Shown: positions 59,559 through 62,917 of the stretch, in pieces
Position numbering within the stretch: the first letter of the stretch is position 1
Layout: each line of letters starts with the position of its first letter
NCBI GenBank assembly: GCA_030627285.1
Contig: DAOUSJ010000001.1
Span: forward strand, 1-62,917
Reading direction: 5' to 3'
Source: Methylococcaceae bacterium
GTDB taxonomy: Bacteria > Pseudomonadota > Gammaproteobacteria > Methylococcales > Methylomonadaceae
DNA: 62,917 nucleotides
Translations under genes and position numbers: made by a program
Notes under the pieces: model-generated
What the model was told of the DNA's origin: nothing
The model's input: only the letters and a program-made list of their open reading frames with translations
Databases searched by the model: none

Positions 59559-60254
59559 ATGCAAGCCACAAATTATTTTGCTGTAATCCCAGCCGCTGGA
59601 GTTGGTAAACGCATGCAAGCAAATAAACCCAAACAATACTTACCTTTAAGAGGTAAAACAGTAATCGAACAAACTTTATCACAACTATTAAATGCCAAAA
59701 TATTTACTAAACTTGCAGTCGCTATTTCAGTAGAAGACCCATATTGGGAAACTCTAGCTATTGCCAAACATCCAAATATTATTCGCGCTGATGGTGGTAA
59801 AGAACGTGCAGACTCAGTCTTATCAGCCTTAAAATCTTTACAAACCCAAGCACAAGCTGATGATTGGGTCTTAGTTCATGATGCTGCGCGTCCATGTGTC
59901 AGCACTAAAGAAATACACACTTTAATTGCTAGATTAAAGCATGAAGATTATGGTGGAATTTTAGCCTTAGCTTCACATGACACTTTGAAACAAGTTAAGC
60001 ATGATATTATTAGCTCAACCATTGATAGAACTACAATTTGGCGCGCTTTAACCCCGCAAATGTTTCGTTATGGAGTCTTAAAACAAGCTTTAGAGCAAAC
60101 TACAGGTAATCCTGCGGTCACGGATGAAGCTAGCGCAGTAGAATTAATTGGTGGGTTAGTTAAAATAGTTGCAGGTGCAAGTGAAAACATTAAAATCACT
60201 CGACCTGAAGATTTAGCATTAGCAGAATTTTATTTGGAGCAACAACATGATTAG
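59559..60254 (+). CDS. ispD: 2-C-methyl-D-erythritol 4-phosphate cytidylyltransferase
   Basis: [12 protein letters not shown] and [10 protein letters not shown] are present. Confidence 0.9.
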   Translation: MQATNYFAVIPAAGVGKRMQANKPKQYLPLRGKTVIEQTLSQLLNAKIFTKLAVAISVEDPYWETLAIAKHPNIIRADGGKERADSVLSALKSLQTQAQADDWVLVHDAARPCVSTKEIHTLIARLKHEDYGGILALASHDTLKQVKHDIISSTIDRTTIWRALTPQMFRYGVLKQALEQTTGNPAVTDEASAVELIGGLVKIVAGASENIKITRPEDLALAEFYLEQQHD

Positions 60255-60723
60255 AATTGGTCAAGGCTATGATGTGCATGCTTTTCAAGCTACTGGAAAA
60301 GTTATTTTAGGCGGAGTTACAATTCCTTATACACAAGGTTTAGCCGCACATTCAGATGGTGATGTGGTGCTACATGCCTTGTGTGATGCTTTATTAGGTG
60401 CAATGGCTTTGGGTGATATTGGGAAACATTTTCCTGATACTGATGCGAAATTTAAAGGCGCAGATAGTCGAGTATTATTACGGCAGGTCTATGATTTGGT
60501 TACCGCCCAAGGTTATCAACTAGGTAATGCAGATATAACTATTATTGCGCAAGCTCCAAAAATGTCACCTTACATTCTAGCCATGTGTGAAAATATTGCT
60601 ACTGATTTAGAAACTCCAATCGAAAATATAAATGTCAAAGCCACCACTACTGAAAAACTAGGTTTCGAAGGTCGTAAAGAAGGGATTGCAGTGCAAGCAG
60701 TAGTTTTAATTTTAAAAACCTAA
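60247..60723 (+). CDS. ispF: 2-C-methyl-D-erythritol 2,4-cyclodiphosphate synthase
   Basis: [23 protein letters not shown] and [11 protein letters not shown] are present. Confidence 0.95.
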   Translation: MIRIGQGYDVHAFQATGKVILGGVTIPYTQGLAAHSDGDVVLHALCDALLGAMALGDIGKHFPDTDAKFKGADSRVLLRQVYDLVTAQGYQLGNADITIIAQAPKMSPYILAMCENIATDLETPIENINVKATTTEKLGFEGRKEGIAVQAVVLILKT

Positions 60724-60763
60724 TATTATACTGTTTGATTATTTATTTTTGGAATGAGATTTT

Positions 60764-61372
60764 ATGAATCATGTAGCTCAATTAAACCGTATTAGCACAA
60801 TTATTTTACTTGGATTAGGCGCGGTATCCTGTGTTTCAAATCCCCAACAAACTAATTCACCAGTATATAAAAACACTGGTCAGCAATCAGGAAATAACAC
60901 ATCAGTTTATAAAAATAACCCTTTAAGTTCAGATGTATTGGTCGGCAGTAACTTAACTAATAAAGAACAAAAAAATATTTTAAGATACCACAATAAAGTA
61001 CGCAAAAATGTCAAAGTACCAGCATTGACTTGGTCGCCTAAGCTCGCAAAATATGCACAAAAATGGGCTAGAACTATAAAAAATCAAAACTGCTCTTTAA
61101 GTCATAGTCATTCTGAATATGGCGAAAATCTTTTTAAGGCTAATAAAAAATATAAAGTTGTAGATGCCGCTAAATCTTGGGAAAAAGAAAAAAAATATTA
61201 TTTGCGTGAGCCTTTAAATCAGAACAATGTCCAACGAGCTGGGCATTACACCCAAATGGTATGGCGCAATACTACTAAGTTGGGATGTGCGAAAACCATG
61301 TGTGGCAATGAAATTTTAGTAGTGTGTAATTATGATCCAGCAGGAAATTATTTAGGTCGGAAAGCTTATTAA
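60764..61372 (+). CDS. CAP/SCP/PR-1 superfamily domain lipoprotein
   Basis: The lipobox is LGAVSC. The CAP signatures are present (HNKVRKNVKVPALTWSPKLAKYAQKWA, HSHSEYGENL, GHYTQMVWRNTTKLGCA, VVCNYDPAGNYLG). Confidence 0.75.
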   Translation: MNHVAQLNRISTIILLGLGAVSCVSNPQQTNSPVYKNTGQQSGNNTSVYKNNPLSSDVLVGSNLTNKEQKNILRYHNKVRKNVKVPALTWSPKLAKYAQKWARTIKNQNCSLSHSHSEYGENLFKANKKYKVVDAAKSWEKEKKYYLREPLNQNNVQRAGHYTQMVWRNTTKLGCAKTMCGNEILVVCNYDPAGNYLGRKAY

Positions 61373-61374
61373 TA

Positions 61375-62418
61375 ATGCCAATTACGGAAAAATATTCCAT
61401 CCCAGTATGGAATTATGCTTATCCTGATACAGGTTTTACTGGCAAAATCAAAGTGTACCCACAAGATTTTATAGTCACTGAAATATTGCCATTTCAAGCC
61501 ACAGGTACTGGTGAGCATGTATTTGTGCAGATTAAAAAAACCTCGGAAAACACCGAATATGTAGCGCGTTTATTAGCTCGACATGCCAAAGTTAGATCAC
61601 GCGATATTGGCTTTGCAGGTTTAAAAGATCGACATGCAATAACCAGCCAATGGTTTAGTATTTGGTTGCCTGGCAAAGAAACTCCAAGTTGGGACGATCT
61701 AGAAACCGAAAACATTCAGGTATTACAAAGTACGCGCCATCAACGTAAACTTAAACGCGGAGTTTTGTTAGGCAATCAATTTCAAATTTTAGTACGCGAT
61801 TTTAGCGGCAATCTAACCACTTGTGAACAGCAATTAAACACTATAAAAACTCAAGGTTTTCCAAATTATTTTGGAAGTCAAAGATTTGGGCGACAAGGGC
61901 AAAATATTCAAACTGCCTTAGAATTATTTGCTGGCACTAAAAAACTCAAACGCAGCCAAAGGGGTATTTATTTATCCGCAGCTCGTGCTTATTTGTTCAA
62001 TCAAATTTTGTCCCAAAGAGTACAACAACGGCAATGGAATCAAGGCTTAGATGGCGATGCATGCATGCACTCAGATTCCAATAGTTATTTTAAAGCTGAA
62101 ACTTTAGATGCAGAATTATTGTCTCGTATTGCCAATGCTGAACTACATCCAACTGGATGTTTATATGGTCAAGGTGAATTACCAGTAACTGCTGCAACTT
62201 GGAAACTTGAAACTGAAATTCTGCAACAATACCCAGAATTAGCGGCGGGTTTAATTAAGTTTGAGCTGGAAATGGATCGACGCTCTTTACGAGTATTAGC
62301 TAAAGATTTGCACTGGCAATTTTTACCAGAGCAACAACAATTACAACTGAATTTTTTCTTGCCTGCTGGCAGTTACGCTACTGCTTTAGTGCGGGAAATT
62401 ATTCCAACTATATCTTAA
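61375..62418 (+). CDS. truD: tRNA pseudouridine(13) synthase
   Basis: The catalytic region FAGLKDRHAITSQWFS and FPNYFGSQRFG are present. Confidence 0.9.
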   Translation: MPITEKYSIPVWNYAYPDTGFTGKIKVYPQDFIVTEILPFQATGTGEHVFVQIKKTSENTEYVARLLARHAKVRSRDIGFAGLKDRHAITSQWFSIWLPGKETPSWDDLETENIQVLQSTRHQRKLKRGVLLGNQFQILVRDFSGNLTTCEQQLNTIKTQGFPNYFGSQRFGRQGQNIQTALELFAGTKKLKRSQRGIYLSAARAYLFNQILSQRVQQRQWNQGLDGDACMHSDSNSYFKAETLDAELLSRIANAELHPTGCLYGQGELPVTAATWKLETEILQQYPELAAGLIKFELEMDRRSLRVLAKDLHWQFLPEQQQLQLNFFLPAGSYATALVREIIPTIS

Positions 62419-62423
62419 AAAAT

Positions 62424-62917
62424 ATGGACATTATTCAAGCAATAACCCTCGCAATTTTACAAGGCTTAACTGAATTTTTACCTATTTCAAGTTCGGCACA
62501 TTTAATTTTATTGCCCATATTATTGGGTTGGGAAGATCAAGGTTTAGCTTTTGATGTGGCTGTACATGTAGGTACTTTGACCGCAGTAGTAGCTTTTTAT
62601 AGACGCGATTTAGTTATTATTTCTAAAGCTTGGTTTGCATCAATTTCTGGAACTACGCCTAATTCTGAGGCTAAATTGGGCTGGTATGTACTTTTAGGCA
62701 CTATACCTGTGGGCTTAGTGGGCATTTCTTTACCAGAAAAACTGGAAATTGCCCTTAGATCTCCTCTAGTAATTGCCGCCTCGACCTTGATATTCGCGCT
62801 ATTATTATGGCTAACTGCATCCAAAGCCCGTGAACAAAGAGACACAGTAACTTTACTAGATGCAATAATAGTGGGCTTATTTCAAGCCATTGCCTTAATT
62901 CCAGGCACTTCACGTTC
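62424..62917 (+). CDS. uppP: Undecaprenyl-diphosphate phosphatase, 3'-truncated by the window edge
   Basis: ATG at 62424 gives MDIIQAITLAILQGLTEFLPISSSAHLILLP... The frame is open to the end of the window. It is absent from the ORF track because there is no stop. Confidence 0.85.
   Translation, partial: MDIIQAITLAILQGLTEFLPISSSAHLILLPILLGWEDQGLAFDVAVHVGTLTAVVAFYRRDLVIISKAWFASISGTTPNSEAKLGWYVLLGTIPVGLVGISLPEKLEIALRSPLVIAASTLIFALLLWLTASKAREQRDTVTLLDAIIVGLFQAIALIPGTSR

Noticed and set aside
62597-62845. An 82-aa minus-strand ORF near the window end.
   Set aside because: It is antisense to the clearly recognisable uppP reading frame, which starts at 62424 and is open to the window end.
1-62917. 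A window-wide scan for CRISPR arrays, rRNA genes, IS elements or transposases, integrases and prophage genes.
   Set aside because: I noticed no regularly spaced direct repeats, no rRNA-like sequence, and no transposase, integrase or phage structural signatures in any of the listed ORFs or in the intergenic regions I read.

Overview
The window is a densely packed, AT-rich chromosomal segment whose gene content and order look gammaproteobacterial. I did not identify the organism. Conserved blocks include slt-fabAB, trpFBA-accD-folC-dedD-cvpA-purF-metZ, mlaFEDB, kdsDC-lptCAB-rpoN-hpf, minCDE, hda-DUF2069-arsC, hldE-ubiA, one tRNA-Leu(CAA) and ispDF-truD-uppP. I saw no rRNA, CRISPR array, transposase or integrase. 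Most of the window is housekeeping.

Accessory or unusual parts:
1. A tightly coupled minus-strand operon at about 20.9-30.0 kb. It joins an exosortase-EpsI fusion and a PrsT-like TPR lipoprotein to a processive synthase-type GT2, a GT4, a TagA-family transferase with a C-terminal STAS domain, an Stf0-like sulfotransferase and an Fe-S type APS reductase. This is my best candidate for an undescribed system: an exosortase-linked, synthase-dependent, sulfated exopolysaccharide.
2. A small plasmid-like islet at 6.0-8.2 kb. It holds an orphan ParA-like ATPase broken in an A8 tract, a lipoprotein broken in a T8 tract, and an intact higBA module.
3. A frameshifted mutS. If real, it predicts a mismatch-repair-deficient lineage and would explain the slippage lesions in the islet.
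4. A hybrid histidine kinase with H-box, receiver Asp and Hpt His intact but a degenerate ATP-binding domain.
5. An internally deleted C5 DNA methyltransferase remnant.
6. A eukaryote-like CAP/PR-1 lipoprotein inserted between ispF and truD.
7. An mla operon without mlaC, followed directly by two orphan peptide-type ABC permeases.

All calls rest on reading the translated ORFs and the DNA by eye. No searches or statistics were run.
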